A DNA stretch of 64,000 nucleotides from assembly GCA_964106915.2 (NCBI GenBank), contig OZ066927.1, one strand, 5' to 3'. The notes under the pieces were generated by a model. The model ran no database searches and was not told the DNA's origin. It saw nothing but the letters and a program-made list of their open reading frames with translations. Positions 62,831 through 64,000 of this stretch are shown here, piece by piece. Position 1 is the first letter of the stretch. Each line of letters begins with the position of its first letter. The position numbers and the translations under genes were made by a program. Source of the DNA: Podarcis gaigeae. Lineage: Eukaryota.

Positions 62831-64000
62831 CTATCTATTTTAAAGATTTATTGGTTTACAAAAGTATGTGCAACATCTCTTTTTTTCAAGTTACATTTTC
62901 TACAGGTCAGTTTCATTTGTTGAGACTCTTCTGAGCCCTCCCCTGGCCTTTCCCTATCTCTTCTCTCACTTTGCTTTCATGAGCTTCACTTATCCACCTT
63001 GACTGTCGTCTACTGCCTCATGGGTGCCTGCTCTCTGATTCTGCCTTACTGATTTCTTCTTATTTCCTATTACCCTGTATGTTTAAAACCAGTCTCCAAA
63101 ATAATTGCCTTCCAAAATATATTCAGGATACCACTTCTTCCTTCAAAGCCAATCTGTTTCATGAAATCTTAGACACAATCCTATTTCCATACAAAAAACT
63201 TCTGACTGAAATAAGCATTCTTCCTGTTTATTCCCATTACTGCTTCCCTCAAAGTGCCACATTTTAGACTGCAAATTCCTCAATGCAGAGAGCTATCCTT
63301 TTGTACAGTTGTTCAGCTATTAGAACACGAGAGTCTAATTTCAGGATGGTGGGTTTGAGCTCCATGTTGGGCAAAAAAGATTCCTGTATTGCAGTGGTCT
63401 CTTCCAATTCTACGATTCTGTGAAACACCAAGCATACTGATGGCACTGCGTAAATAATAACTCTCAGTTCAAATGGAACCTATCAGTAATTGTGTTTTGC
63501 ATATTAGCTTTATTATGACAGCTTTCATGGGTTAGAGTCCACTCCACATTAGCAGCTAAAGCATTATTCTCACTCAGCAGATATTATATGCAAGTACAGA
63601 GACCAAAGGCCATAACACCCTGTTGGTATTTGTGCCCTTTGTATAGTTACGGTATATGTATACAATATAAGGTGTCGTATCAATAACTGCGAAGCCCAGC
63701 TAATGTGTAGGTTTAAAGATTGGTGAACATGCAAATATACCCTTAAGTCAACTGAAACTATTGGATTGTGAAATTTGACATTTTAGCTAAACTTTAAGGG
63801 TGGGATTCAGCTAAGATTTACTCAAAACAAACCCACTGAAATTAAAGGATCTAACATTTATCCTCATTATTTCACTTGGTCTTCTGTGAATAAAAGGTAG
63901 CTGAATACCACCCCTAGAGCAGGAGTGGCAAATCCACAGTCATTTGAAGTCTGCCATTCCCCAGCAAAATCCTTAACTTCTTCTACTTCTTGCCCCTCCT

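Noticed and set aside
63480-64000. Possible 3' end of PCLAF, the next syntenic gene in mammals; AATAAA on the minus strand at 63509-63514
   Set aside because: No coding exon is recognisable in the window, and a lone hexamer is insufficient.

Overview
Vertebrate genomic DNA, very likely a lacertid lizard, judged from Sauria-type SINEs, BovB, L2, L1, Penelope-like elements and many DNA-transposon MITEs. Genes, all on the minus strand: (i) exon 1 and the CpG-island/CCAAT promoter of PPIB (cyclophilin B) at the left end; (ii) a complete CSNK1G1 (casein kinase I gamma 1) gene of about 54 kb, with a promoter at ~57.4-58.1 kb, 12 coding exons I resolved with GT-AG boundaries (455 aa including a 108-nt cassette exon), an extra 24-nt microexon and a ~5.5-kb 3'UTR. 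The most unusual feature lies ~2 kb upstream of the CSNK1G1 promoter. It is a 2.15-kb non-autonomous hAT DNA transposon (14-bp TIRs, perfect 8-bp TSD GCCATAAT) that has captured the 5'UTR, the intact first coding exon, the splice donor and intron-1 DNA of ATP1B3 (Na,K-ATPase beta-3), in the same orientation as CSNK1G1. The element also contains a nested Tc2-like element carrying a 154-bp tandem array, and a co-oriented solo LTR sits just outside it. Also notable is a perfect 94-bp-arm palindrome derived from a Penelope-like element, which encodes a minimal hammerhead ribozyme on both strands inside a CSNK1G1 intron. Comparisons with human and chicken proteins are from memory, not from a database search.
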